Origin: Prosthecodimorpha staleyi
Lineage (GTDB): Bacteria; Pseudomonadota; Alphaproteobacteria; Rhizobiales; Ancalomicrobiaceae
Direction of reading: 5' to 3'
NCBI RefSeq assembly: GCF_018729455.1
Contig: NZ_JAHHZF010000008.1
Span: forward strand, 236,886 to 260,885
DNA: 24,000 bases
How positions within the stretch are numbered: the stretch's first letter is position 1; the number at the start of each line of letters is the position of its first letter. Below the pieces are notes generated by a model that was given only the letters and a program-made list of their open reading frames with translations, had not been told where the DNA came from and ran no database searches. A program made the translations under genes and the position numbers. Below, piece by piece: positions 1-8,276 of the stretch.

Positions 1-2728
1 GGGCATTCTCGGCGGCCTCGTCAAACGGCTCGGCCAGCCGGCGGTGCGCACCGCCGCCCGCCAGGCGATGCGGGTGATGGGCCACCAGTTCGTGCTCGGC
101 GAGACCATCGACGACGCGCTCGGCCGGGCCCGCGCGCTCGAGGCCAAGGGCTATCGCCATTCCTACGACATGCTCGGCGAGGGCGCCCGCACGGCCGCCG
201 ATGCCGACCGCTACCTCGCCTCCTATGCGGGTGCGATCGAGAAGATCGGCAAGGCCGCCGGCTCGTCCGCGCTGCCGGCTCGTCCGGGCATTTCGGTCAA
301 GCTGTCGGCGCTGCACCCGCGCTACGAGGCGGTCAACCAGGAGCGCGTCATGCGCGAGCTGGTGCCGCGCATGATCGATCTGGCCCGATCCGCCAAGGCC
401 TACGACCTCAACCTGACGGTCGATGCCGAGGAGGCCGACCGGCTGGAACTGTCGCTCGACGTGATCGCCGCCGTGCTGGCCGATCCGACGCTGGCCGGCT
501 GGCACGGTTTCGGCCTCGCCATCCAGGCCTACCAGAAGCGCGCGCCGGAGGTGGTCGAGTGGATCGGCGATCTTGCCGAGTCCTATGGCCGGCGCCTGAT
601 GGTGCGCCTCGTCAAGGGCGCCTATTGGGATACCGAGGTGAAGCGCGCGCAGGAGCGCGGGCTCGCCGGCTATCCGGTCTTCACCCGCAAGGCGGCGACC
701 GATCTCTCCTATCTGGCCTGCGCCCGCCGCCTGCTCGCCCGGCGCGACCGCATCTACCCGCAATTCGCCACCCACAACGCGCTGACCGTCGCCCAGATCA
801 TGGAGCTCGGCGGCCATGACGGGCGGGCCGGCGGCCGCGCCGCGGCGGCCTCGCTCGGCTTCGAGTTCCAGCGCCTGCACGGCATGGGCGAGAGCCTCTA
901 CCGCGCCGTGACCGAGCAGGAGGGCGTGCCCTGCCGCATCTATGCCCCGGTCGGCGGCCATCGCGACCTGCTCGCCTATCTGGTCCGCCGGCTCCTGGAG
1001 AACGGCGCCAATTCCTCCTTCGTCGCCAAGGTCGGTGACGATGCCGTGCCGATCCGCACGCTGCTGACCCGCCCGTCCGAATGGCTCGAGGGCGGCGCCC
1101 GGGCGGTGCATCCGCGCATCCCGCTGCCGCGCGATCTCTACGGCGCCGCCCGGCGCAATTCCCGCGGCGTGGAATTCGGCGTCGCCGCCGACCGCGACCT
1201 GATGCTGAAGGAGGTCTGGTCGTTCCGCGCCGACGAGGTCGCCGCCGCCCCGATCGTCGACGGCCGCCACGTCGCCGGGACCACCCGTCCGGTCCTCTCG
1301 CCGGTCGACGGCACGACCCGCGTCGGCACCGTGGTCGAGGCCGATGCGGCGACCGCGATCCGCGCCATGGAGGCGGCCCGGCGCGGCTTCCCGGCCTGGT
1401 CGGCGACCCCGGTCGAGACCCGCGCCGCCGCGCTCGAGCGGGCGGCCGACCTGATCGAGGGCAACCGCGACCGCTATCTGGCCCTGCTCGCCCGCGAGGC
1501 CGGCAAGACGCTCGCCGACGGCCTCGCCGAGGTGCGCGAGGCGGCCGATTTCTGCCGCTACTACGCGGCCGAAGCCCGTCGGGTGTTCCGCGACGGCGGC
1601 ACCGTGCTGGCCGGCCCGACCGGCGAGGAAAACCGCTTCCGCCATCGCGGCCGCGGCGTGATCGTGACCATCTCGCCCTGGAACTTCCCGCTCGCCATCT
1701 TCCTCGGACAGACCGCCGCCGCGCTGGTCGCCGGCAATGCGGTCGTCGCCAAGCCGGCCGAGCAGACGCCGCTCGTCGCCCACGAGACCGTGCGTCTGCT
1801 CCATGCCGCCGGCATCCCCGAGGAGGCGCTGCATCTGGTCCCCGGCGACGGCCGCGTCGGTGCGGCGCTGGTCGCCCATCCGGCGGTCGCCGGCATCGCC
1901 TTCACGGGCTCGACCGAGGTGGCGCGCATCATCAACCGCACGCTCGCCGACAAGCCCGGCCCGATCGTGCCGCTGATCGCCGAGACCGGCGGCATCAACG
2001 CCATGATCGTCGACGCCACCGCGCTGCCCGAGCAGGTCACCGACGACGTGGTCATGAGCGCCTTCCGCTCCGCCGGCCAGCGCTGCTCGGCCCTGCGCCT
2101 GCTCTACCTGCAGGAGGACGTGGCGCCGCGCATGCTGGAGATGATCGAGGGCGCGGCGCGCGAGATGCGCCTCGGCGATCCGTCCGATCCGGCGGTCGAC
2201 ATCGGCCCGGTCATCGATTCCGAGGCCAAGGACCGGCTCGATGCCCATGTGGCGCGCGAGAAGGCGGCGGGCCGGGTCGCGTTCGAGGGCGCCCTGCCGG
2301 CCGGCGCCTATGCGGCCGGCACCTGGGTGGCGCCGACCATCGTCCGCCTCGCCCGCGCCGAGGACCTGACGCAGGAGGTGTTCGGCCCGGTGCTGCATGT
2401 CGTCACCTGGAAGGCCGGCGAGCTCGACCGCGTGCTCGACGGCATCGGCGCGACCGGCTACGGCCTGACGCTCGGCGTCCATTCGCGCATCGACGCCACC
2501 ATCGCCCGCGTCTGCGAGCGCCTGCCGACCGGCAACATCTACGTCAACCGCAACATGATCGGCGCGGTCGTCGGCGTGCAGCCCTTCGGCGGCTCCGGCC
2601 TCTCCGGCACAGGCCCCAAGGCCGGCGGTCCGGACTATCTCCTGCGCTTCGCCCTCGAACAGGCCATCTCTACCAACACCGCCGCCGCCGGCGGCAATGC
2701 CAGCCTGATCGCCATGGGGGAGGAGTGA
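1..2728 (+). CDS. putA: Bifunctional proline dehydrogenase / delta-1-pyrroline-5-carboxylate dehydrogenase PutA, 5' end outside the window
   Basis: The frame of ORF 44..2728 stays open back to base 2 (GILGGLVKRLGQPAVRTAARQAMR), and base 44 is an internal GTG, so the gene begins upstream. The first half has PutA proline-dehydrogenase barrel sequence (YRHSYDMLGE, VKLSALHPRYE, RLVKGAYWD, EFQRLHGMGE, LLAYLVRRLLENGANSSF). The second half is an aldehyde dehydrogenase (ISPWNFPLAIF, FTGSTEVA, ETGGINAMIVD, SAGQRCSA with catalytic Cys, GVQPFGG). Stop TGA at 2726-2728. Confidence 0.95.
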   Translation, partial: GILGGLVKRLGQPAVRTAARQAMRVMGHQFVLGETIDDALGRARALEAKGYRHSYDMLGEGARTAADADRYLASYAGAIEKIGKAAGSSALPARPGISVKLSALHPRYEAVNQERVMRELVPRMIDLARSAKAYDLNLTVDAEEADRLELSLDVIAAVLADPTLAGWHGFGLAIQAYQKRAPEVVEWIGDLAESYGRRLMVRLVKGAYWDTEVKRAQERGLAGYPVFTRKAATDLSYLACARRLLARRDRIYPQFATHNALTVAQIMELGGHDGRAGGRAAAASLGFEFQRLHGMGESLYRAVTEQEGVPCRIYAPVGGHRDLLAYLVRRLLENGANSSFVAKVGDDAVPIRTLLTRPSEWLEGGARAVHPRIPLPRDLYGAARRNSRGVEFGVAADRDLMLKEVWSFRADEVAAAPIVDGRHVAGTTRPVLSPVDGTTRVGTVVEADAATAIRAMEAARRGFPAWSATPVETRAAALERAADLIEGNRDRYLALLAREAGKTLADGLAEVREAADFCRYYAAEARRVFRDGGTVLAGPTGEENRFRHRGRGVIVTISPWNFPLAIFLGQTAAALVAGNAVVAKPAEQTPLVAHETVRLLHAAGIPEEALHLVPGDGRVGAALVAHPAVAGIAFTGSTEVARIINRTLADKPGPIVPLIAETGGINAMIVDATALPEQVTDDVVMSAFRSAGQRCSALRLLYLQEDVAPRMLEMIEGAAREMRLGDPSDPAVDIGPVIDSEAKDRLDAHVAREKAAGRVAFEGALPAGAYAAGTWVAPTIVRLARAEDLTQEVFGPVLHVVTWKAGELDRVLDGIGATGYGLTLGVHSRIDATIARVCERLPTGNIYVNRNMIGAVVGVQPFGGSGLSGTGPKAGGPDYLLRFALEQAISTNTAAAGGNASLIAMGEE

Positions 2729-2789
2729 GAGGGAACGAAGAGACGCGGGGTCTTGTGTCTGCTCGTCCCTTCAGTCATGGACAGCTGTC

Positions 2790-2972
2790 ATGTCGCACAA
2801 CTCTGAGAAGTTTCTGAATTCGGGCGCAAGTGCCCCCGATTTCTTCGCAGAGCGCGCCGGTACGGGCGATCTCGATGCAGCCCTGCGGTTTCTGTCTCGG
2901 GCCGGTGGGGAAGCGCCGGCGGAGGCTGACAGTTGGCCGGTCGACGAGGCCATCGATCGACGGCCGGACTGA
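2790..2972 (+). CDS. Hypothetical small protein (60 aa), weakly supported
   Basis: ATG at 2790 and TGA at 2970-2972; it is the only ORF of plausible composition in the 340-nt putA-hrpB spacer. By hand count, third-position G+C is about two thirds and second-position G+C just over half, far weaker than the contrast in neighbouring genes. There is no convincing Shine-Dalgarno (tcatggacagctgtcATG) and no motif I recognise. It may simply be the hrpB leader. Confidence 0.25.
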   Translation: MSHNSEKFLNSGASAPDFFAERAGTGDLDAALRFLSRAGGEAPAEADSWPVDEAIDRRPD

Positions 2973-3068
2973 TCGTCGCCGCAGGTCGCGTCCGGGGTGC
3001 CGGAGGCGAACGGATCGTGTCGGGCGACACGTTGCCGGGGTTGCGGGACATGGTCTAGAACCCCGGCC

Positions 3069-5567
3069 ATGCTGCCGATCGATGTCGTTCTCCCGGACCT
3101 GCTCGCCCGCCTCGAAGCGGCGACGCGGGTCGTGCTGGTCGCCCCGCCCGGAGCCGGCAAGACCACCGGGGTGCCGCCGGCCCTCCTGGCGGCGGGCTGG
3201 CGCGGCGACGGGCGCATCCTGATGCTGGAACCGCGCCGGCTGGCAGCCCGGGCCGCGGCCGCGCGCATGGCGGCGGTGCTCGGCGAGGAGGTCGGCGGCA
3301 CGGTCGGCTTCCGGGTGCGCATGGAGGCGAAGGTCTCGGCGCGGACCCGGATCGAGGTCGTCACCGAGGGCGTGTTCACGCGGCTGATCCTCGACGATCC
3401 GGAACTGACCGGCGTCGCCGCCGTGCTGTTCGACGAATTCCACGAGCGCAGCCTCGACGGCGATCTCGGCCTCGCCCTGGCGCTCGATGCGCAGGGCGCG
3501 CTGCGGCCGGACCTGCGGTTGCTGGTCATGTCGGCGACCCTCGACGGTGCCCGTGTCGCCACGGTTCTCGGCGATCCGATGCTCGGCGACGCGCCCGTTG
3601 TGACCAGCGAGGGCCGCGCCTTCCCGGTCGAGACGCGCCATCTCGGCCGCGACCCCGGCGAGCGGATCGAGGCCGCCATGGCGTCGGCGGTGCGGCGGGC
3701 GCTGGCCGAGGAGACCGGCTCGGTGCTCGCCTTCCTGCCCGGCCAGGCCGAAATCCGGCGCACGGCCGAACAGCTCGACGGCAAGCTCGGCGCCGATGTC
3801 GATCTCGCGCCCCTCTATGGCGCCCTGACCCCGCGCGAACAGGACGCGGCGATCCGCCCGGCCGCGCCCGGCCGCCGCAAGGTGGTGCTGGCGACCGCGA
3901 TCGCCGAAACCTCGCTGACCATCGAGGGCGTGCGCATCGTGGTCGACAGCGGCCTCGCCCGCGTGCCGCGCTACGAGCCGTCGACCGGCATGACCCGGCT
4001 GGAGACCGTGCGCGTGTCGCGCGCGAGCGCCGACCAGCGCCGCGGCCGCGCCGGCCGCACCGGGCCGGGCTTCTGCTATAGGCTCTGGGACGAGCCGCAG
4101 ACCGCCGCGCTGGCCGCCTATGACCGGCCGGAGATTCTGGAGGCGGATCTGGCGAGCTTCGTTCTCGATCTCGCCGCCTGGGGCGTCGCCGACCCGGCCG
4201 GGCTGGCCTTTCTCGACCCGCCGCCGAAGCCGGCCTGGGACGAGGCGGTCGCGCTCCTGAAGGACCTCGACGCCCTCGACGGCGATGGTCGGCTGACCGC
4301 GGACGGCCGCGCGCTGCAGCGCCTGCCGCTGCATCCGCGGCTCGGCCACATGGTCATGCGGGCCGCCGACCTGGGCGCTGCGCGGCTCGCCGCCGAGATC
4401 GCCGCCGTGCTCAGCGAACACGGGCTCGGCGGCACGGCGGTCGATCTCGAGGACCGCATCCGCCGCCTCCGGCAGGACCGCTCGCAACGTGCCGAGGACG
4501 CGCGCCGGCTGGCGCAACGCTGGGCCCGGCTCGCCGGCGCCGATCGCGACGGCCCCGCTTCGACCGCCACTCCGGTCTCGGCAGCTTCCAACGATCCCGC
4601 CGATGCCGGGCGCCTGCTCGCACTCGCCTATCCGGACCGCGTCGCGCAGGCGCGCGGCGCCCCCGGCGGCTTCCGCCTGATGAACGGGCGCGGCGCGATG
4701 CTGGAGCCGCACGAGGCGCTCGCCCGCCAGCCCTGGCTCGCGGTCGCCGAGGTCCAGGGCACGGCGGCCCGCGCCCGCATCCTGCTCGCCGCGCCGCTGT
4801 CGATCGAGGCGATCGAGCAGGATTTCGCCGGCCACATCCGCGAGGAGATCGATGTCCGCTTCGACGCGGCGGCCGGCGCGGTCCGGGCGCGCCGGGTGCG
4901 CCGGCTCGGCGCCCTGGTCCTGGGCGAGACGCCGGTCGCCGATCCGGACCCCGCGCTCGTCGCCCGGGCGCTCGTCGGCGGGCTGCGGCAGCGCGGCATC
5001 GGGGCGCTGCCGTGGTCGAAGGCCCAGCGTCAGACCATCGCCCGCGTCGGCTTCGCCCGCCGCGCCGATCCCGAAGGCTGGCCCGATCTCGGCGACGAGG
5101 CCCTGGCGGCAACCCTTGAGACCTGGCTCGCGCCGCATATCGAGGGCCGGCGTTCGCTCGGCGAGATCGGCGCAGCGGATCTCGGCAACGCCCTCGACGC
5201 GCTGATCGGCTGGGACGGCCGGCGCGCGCTCGACCGGCTGGCGCCGATGCATTTCACCGCGCCGACCGGCTCGACCGTGGCGCTCGACTACGAGGCCGAG
5301 AACGGACCGGTGCTGTCGATCCGGGTGCAGGAACTCTACGGCCTCGCCCAGCATCCGAGCGTCGCCGACGGCCGGGTGCCGCTGACCGTCGAACTCCTGT
5401 CGCCGGCGCACCGCCCGATCCAGGTCACCCGCGACCTGCCCGGCTTCTGGCGCGGCTCCTGGCGCGAGGTCAAGTCCGAGATGAAGGGCCGCTACCCCCG
5501 CCACCTCTGGCCCGACGACCCGGCCAGTGCCGTCCCGACCACCCGGGCGAAGCCGCGCGGGACGTGA
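3069..5567 (+). CDS. hrpB: ATP-dependent RNA helicase HrpB (DEAH-box family)
   Basis: Helicase motifs are in order: APPGAGKTT (motif I), DEFHERS (motif II), MSATL (III), ATAIAETSLTIEGV (V), QRRGRAGR (VI). The characteristic HrpB C-terminus is present (RDLPGFWRGSWREVKSEMKGRYPRHLWPDDP). The track ORF opens at GTG 2997. I place the start at ATG 3069 (MLPIDVVLPDLLARLE), giving 832 aa, typical for HrpB. Stop TGA at 5565-5567. Confidence 0.9.
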   Translation: MLPIDVVLPDLLARLEAATRVVLVAPPGAGKTTGVPPALLAAGWRGDGRILMLEPRRLAARAAAARMAAVLGEEVGGTVGFRVRMEAKVSARTRIEVVTEGVFTRLILDDPELTGVAAVLFDEFHERSLDGDLGLALALDAQGALRPDLRLLVMSATLDGARVATVLGDPMLGDAPVVTSEGRAFPVETRHLGRDPGERIEAAMASAVRRALAEETGSVLAFLPGQAEIRRTAEQLDGKLGADVDLAPLYGALTPREQDAAIRPAAPGRRKVVLATAIAETSLTIEGVRIVVDSGLARVPRYEPSTGMTRLETVRVSRASADQRRGRAGRTGPGFCYRLWDEPQTAALAAYDRPEILEADLASFVLDLAAWGVADPAGLAFLDPPPKPAWDEAVALLKDLDALDGDGRLTADGRALQRLPLHPRLGHMVMRAADLGAARLAAEIAAVLSEHGLGGTAVDLEDRIRRLRQDRSQRAEDARRLAQRWARLAGADRDGPASTATPVSAASNDPADAGRLLALAYPDRVAQARGAPGGFRLMNGRGAMLEPHEALARQPWLAVAEVQGTAARARILLAAPLSIEAIEQDFAGHIREEIDVRFDAAAGAVRARRVRRLGALVLGETPVADPDPALVARALVGGLRQRGIGALPWSKAQRQTIARVGFARRADPEGWPDLGDEALAATLETWLAPHIEGRRSLGEIGAADLGNALDALIGWDGRRALDRLAPMHFTAPTGSTVALDYEAENGPVLSIRVQELYGLAQHPSVADGRVPLTVELLSPAHRPIQVTRDLPGFWRGSWREVKSEMKGRYPRHLWPDDPASAVPTTRAKPRGT

Positions 5568-5583
5568 CGGCGGGCGCGATCGC

Positions 5584-6303
5584 TCAAGGCGGTCCGAGCG
5601 ACCGGAGGAAGGGCGCCACCGCGTCCGCCGCCTCGCGTGGCCGTCGCTGCAGGAGCATGTGCGGCGCGTCGATCTCGCAATGGGCGGCATCGGGGCGGAG
5701 GCGGGCGAGGCTGCGGGCGGCGCCCGGGCCGAGCAGGCGGTCGCGCCGCGCCGAGACGATGAGGATCGGCACCGCCACGGCGGCGAGCTCGGCGCGGGCG
5801 TCGACCGTCAGCGCCTCGCGGACGCGGCGGGCGATCACCGCGGGCGCGACCCGCCGGACGACGCGGGCGACTTCGGCGGCAAGTTCGTCGCCGTTCTCGC
5901 CGGCGAGGAACCAGCGAATGGGTGCCACGAAGGGCGGCAGGCGGAACAGGAACGGGCGGGCGAGCGGGGCGAGCGCCGCCGGCAGCCAGGGCACCGGGTG
6001 TTGGACGAAGGTGGCGACAAGGACCAGCGCGACCAGGCCGGGCGGCCGGCGCGCGGCGATGCGGATCGCCAGCGGTCCGGAGAAGGATTCGGCGACGATG
6101 GCGAAGGGTTCGTCCCGCGGCAGCCGCGCTTCGACCAGCGGTATGAGGTCGTCGTAGCCGAGCGGGCGGTCGGCCGGATAGGCGACGACGTCCGGCGCGA
6201 GATCGGGCGGCAGCACGGCCAGGAAGCGCTCGAAAAGCTGGCCGGTCCCGTCGAGGCCGGGAAGGAGAATGCAGCGCAACGGTTGCGTGGCTTGCATGTC
6301 CAT
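5584..6303 (-). CDS. Alpha/beta-fold hydrolase, small (239 aa), substrate unknown
   Basis: Layout typical of the fold: N-terminal LLPGLDGTG oxyanion-region strand, nucleophile elbow AESFSGP (Sm-X-Ser-X-Sm), and C-terminal His region (IDAPHMLLQ). ATG at 6301-6303 (alternative ATG at 6295-6297), TGA at 5584-5586. Convergent with hrpB, with 16 nt between the stops. Confidence 0.8.
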   Translation of the reverse strand: MDMQATQPLRCILLPGLDGTGQLFERFLAVLPPDLAPDVVAYPADRPLGYDDLIPLVEARLPRDEPFAIVAESFSGPLAIRIAARRPPGLVALVLVATFVQHPVPWLPAALAPLARPFLFRLPPFVAPIRWFLAGENGDELAAEVARVVRRVAPAVIARRVREALTVDARAELAAVAVPILIVSARRDRLLGPGAARSLARLRPDAAHCEIDAPHMLLQRRPREAADAVAPFLRSLGPP

Positions 6304-6375
6304 GGAGCGCAGTGGGTCAGTCCCGATCGTCGGCGAGCGACAGATCGTCCGCGGCCCGCGGCGAGACGCGGAGCC

Positions 6376-6654
6376 TCACCGGCCGGACGTCCGGATGGCG
6401 ATGCGCTCGCGCAGCCGGGAGAGAACGGCGTCGGCGTCGAGCGACGGCCCGCTCGCCAGCCCTTCTTCCACCATCCGGCGCAGGCGCTGGATGTCCGCCT
6501 CGCGCAGTTCCACCTCGTCGGCTTCGTTCGCCGCCCAGGCGGCGACGGCGGCCCTGACCGCCTCGGCCTCGCTGGCGAAGCGGCCATCGACGACGGCGGC
6601 TTCGATGGCCCGGGCTTCGTCGTCGGCGAGGTCGACGGTGACGCGCTTGTTCAT
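6376..6654 (-). CDS. parD: Type II toxin-antitoxin system ParD-family antitoxin (ribbon-helix-helix, COG3609-like), 92 aa
   Basis: This is the C-terminal part of shadow ORF 6376..7299. ATG at 6652-6654 is preceded by GAGGAG 7 nt upstream (plus-strand ctcctc 6662-6667). MNKRVTVDLADDEARAIEAAVVDGRFASEAEAVRAAV is an RHH N-terminus. DIQRLRRMVEEGLASGPSLDADAVLSRLRERI matches the conserved ParD C-terminal pattern as I recall it from Caulobacter ParD (DIRRLRQLWDEGKASG...). Confidence 0.75.
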   Translation of the reverse strand: MNKRVTVDLADDEARAIEAAVVDGRFASEAEAVRAAVAAWAANEADEVELREADIQRLRRMVEEGLASGPSLDADAVLSRLRERIAIRTSGR

Positions 6655-6775
6655 GGCGATGCTCCTCGGTACAAGTCTAGCACAGGGCCGGAGCGGCCGC
6701 GACAGGTTGCAACCACCGCGATGCTCGCGCGACGACGACGCGGAACGGGCGTAGGCGGCCTCGGTTCCGCCCGGA

Positions 6776-6814
6776 CCGTCGATGCCGCGGGTCACCCAGC
6801 CGAACACCCGCCGC
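6776..6814 (-). repeat. Relic copy of the ABC permease 3' coding end (direct repeat of 7419..7457)
   Basis: Base-by-base comparison gives 36/39 identity: ccgtcgatgccgcgggtcacccagccgaacacccgccgc versus ccgttgatgccgcgggtcgcccagccgatcacccgccgc. On the minus strand it translates to RRVFGWVTRGIDG, against RRVIGWATRGING at the true permease C-terminus. Weaker similarity extends about 9 nt further on the low-coordinate side (the GPG codons). Confidence 0.7.
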
Positions 6815-6857
6815 CTTGGCTGCCCGGGCACCGCCGTTCGGATCCGGAGCGTCTCGC

Positions 6858-7391
6858 CTACGACAGGCGTTCGAACAGCGTCACCGGCTTGCCGAGATAG
6901 GTGGTCTCGGCGAAGGCCGCGAAGCCGGTCTTCTCGGCAACGCGGATCGAGCGGACATGGCTGACCTCGATCATCGCGGTCAGCCGCTTGTCGGGGAAAT
7001 GTTCGCCGGCCCAGCCGACCAGCGCGGTGACGATCTCGGTGGCGAGCCCGCGCCCGGCGACGGCTGGGGTCAGCGCCCAGCCGCATTCCAGGCTGCCCTC
7101 GATCGAGGGCGTCAGGTCGCGCTTCATGTCGTGGAAGCCGGCCTCGCCCAGGAAGGCTCCGGTGTCCCGGTCGAGGACGGCGAAGAAGCCGAAGCCGAGC
7201 AGCGGCCAGAGGCCGGTCCGGTTCAGGAACCGCCACCAACTGGCCTCGCGCGTGAACGGCTTGCCGCCGATGAAGCGGGTTACCTCGGCGTCGGCCCACA
7301 GCGCCGCGTAGGCGTCGAAATCGGCCGGCTCGTGCGGGCGCAGGATGGTGCGGGCGGTTTCGATCCGCCGGATGTCGGAAGGGGAGGTCAT
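6858..7391 (-). CDS. GNAT-family N-acetyltransferase (RimJ/RimL-like), 177 aa
   Basis: This is the C-terminal part of track ORF 6858..8033. ATG at 7389-7391, TAG at 6858-6860. The N-terminus IETARTILRPHEPADFDAYAALWADAEVTRFIGG is typical of the RimJ/RimL-type GNAT subfamily. The acetyl-CoA binding region is ALTPAVAGRGLATEIVTALVGWA (the Q/RxxGxG/A-like motif). The start lies only 11 nt after the permease stop (7403-7405) with no strong SD, which suggests co-transcription and translational coupling. Confidence 0.85.
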   Translation of the reverse strand: MTSPSDIRRIETARTILRPHEPADFDAYAALWADAEVTRFIGGKPFTREASWWRFLNRTGLWPLLGFGFFAVLDRDTGAFLGEAGFHDMKRDLTPSIEGSLECGWALTPAVAGRGLATEIVTALVGWAGEHFPDKRLTAMIEVSHVRSIRVAEKTGFAAFAETTYLGKPVTLFERLS

Positions 7392-7402
7392 CGGGATGCC
7401 GT

Positions 7403-8266
7403 TCACACGCTGCCGGGGCCGTTGATGCCGCGGGTCGCCCAGCCGATCACCCGCCGCTCGATCGTCTCGGCGATCACATAGAGCATGATGCCCATCACCG
7501 CCGTGGCGATCAGCCCCGCGAAGACCAGCGGCACTTCGAAGCGCCCCTGTGCCGCCATCATGAGCGCACCGATGCCCACATTCGCGGCGACCGTCTCGGA
7601 CATGATCGAGCCGACGAAGGCGACCGTGATGGCAACCTTCAGGCTGGCGAAGAAATAGGGCATCGAGCGCGGCAGGCCGACCTTCATGATGATCTGCCGG
7701 TTGGAGGCGCCGAGCGCGCGCAGCACGTCCTTCAGTTCCGGCTCCACGGTGGCGATGCCGGTCGCGACATTCACCAGGATCGGGAAGAAGGAGATGATGA
7801 AGGCGGTGATGATCGCCGGCACCGTGCCGATGCCGAACCACAGCACCAGGATCGGCACGATGGCGACCTTCGGGATGGCGTTGAAGCCGATCAGCAGCGG
7901 ATAGAAGCCGTTGTAGATCAGCGTCGAGGAGCCGATCAGCACGCCGCCGACGAGCCCGAATGCGACCGCGATCAGGAAGCCGACCACCGTGGTGAACAGG
8001 GTCTGGCCGGAATTCTCCAGGATCTGAGGCCACCAGGTGATCATCGACTGCACGATGACGTGCGGCGCCGGCAGGATGAAGGTCTTGATCGGGAAGATCA
8101 GGCAGATCAGCTCCCAGACCAGGATGAAGCCGGCGATTACCATCCAGGGCATCGCCCGCTCGATCACCTTCGGTCGCTTCCAGAACGGCCGCGGGACCAC
8201 CCGGTCGATATCGATCTCGTCGGGTGCGGCGGCCGGCGACGCGGGTTGGGCCTCGGTGGCGCTCAT
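7403..8266 (-). CDS. ABC transporter permease, NitT/TauT (nitrate/sulfonate/taurine-like) family
   Basis: Multi-span hydrophobic protein with the BPD_transp_1 EAA-type loop (LRALGASNRQIIMKVGLPRSMPYFFASLKVA). I place the start at ATG 8264-8266 (MSATEAQPA), 6 nt downstream of GAGGAG and 10 nt after the upstream ATPase stop (8277-8279). The track start at 8287 would overlap that gene. Confidence 0.9.
   Translation of the reverse strand: MSATEAQPASPAAAPDEIDIDRVVPRPFWKRPKVIERAMPWMVIAGFILVWELICLIFPIKTFILPAPHVIVQSMITWWPQILENSGQTLFTTVVGFLIAVAFGLVGGVLIGSSTLIYNGFYPLLIGFNAIPKVAIVPILVLWFGIGTVPAIITAFIISFFPILVNVATGIATVEPELKDVLRALGASNRQIIMKVGLPRSMPYFFASLKVAITVAFVGSIMSETVAANVGIGALMMAAQGRFEVPLVFAGLIATAVMGIMLYVIAETIERRVIGWATRGINGPGSV
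7419..7457 (-). repeat. Partner of the 6776..6814 direct repeat (inside the permease 3' coding end)
   Basis: See 6776..6814: 36/39 identical, same orientation, offset of 643 nt. The GNAT gene lies entirely between the two copies. Confidence 0.7.
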
Positions 8267-8276
8267 GATCGTCTCC

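Noticed and set aside
2731-2769. Imperfect hairpin after the putA stop (GGGAACGAAGAGAC ... GTCTGCTCGTCCC) considered as a terminator
   Set aside because: The stem needs a bulge and two mismatches, and no U-run follows. That is too weak to call.
2775-5690. 971-aa minus-strand ORF antisense to hrpB, and similar long ORFs (1081..2817 +, 2771..3784 -, 5527..6900 +, 14702..16144 -, 15982..17373 -, 21736..23985 -, 12541..13698 -, among others)
   Set aside because: Their translations are Arg/Pro/Gly/Ala-rich low-complexity strings with no motifs. Each fully overlaps an ORF in another frame or strand that has clear family signatures. This is the expected stop-codon-poor shadow-ORF artefact of very GC-rich DNA.
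6376-7391. GNAT plus RHH protein considered as a TacT/TacA- or AtaT/AtaR-type acetyltransferase toxin-antitoxin pair
   Set aside because: In those systems the RHH antitoxin gene precedes and abuts the GNAT toxin gene. Here the GNAT comes first, is coupled to the ABC permease, and is separated from the RHH gene by 203 nt. The GNAT has RimJ/RimL-type sequence, and the RHH protein has ParD-type rather than DUF1778-type sequence.
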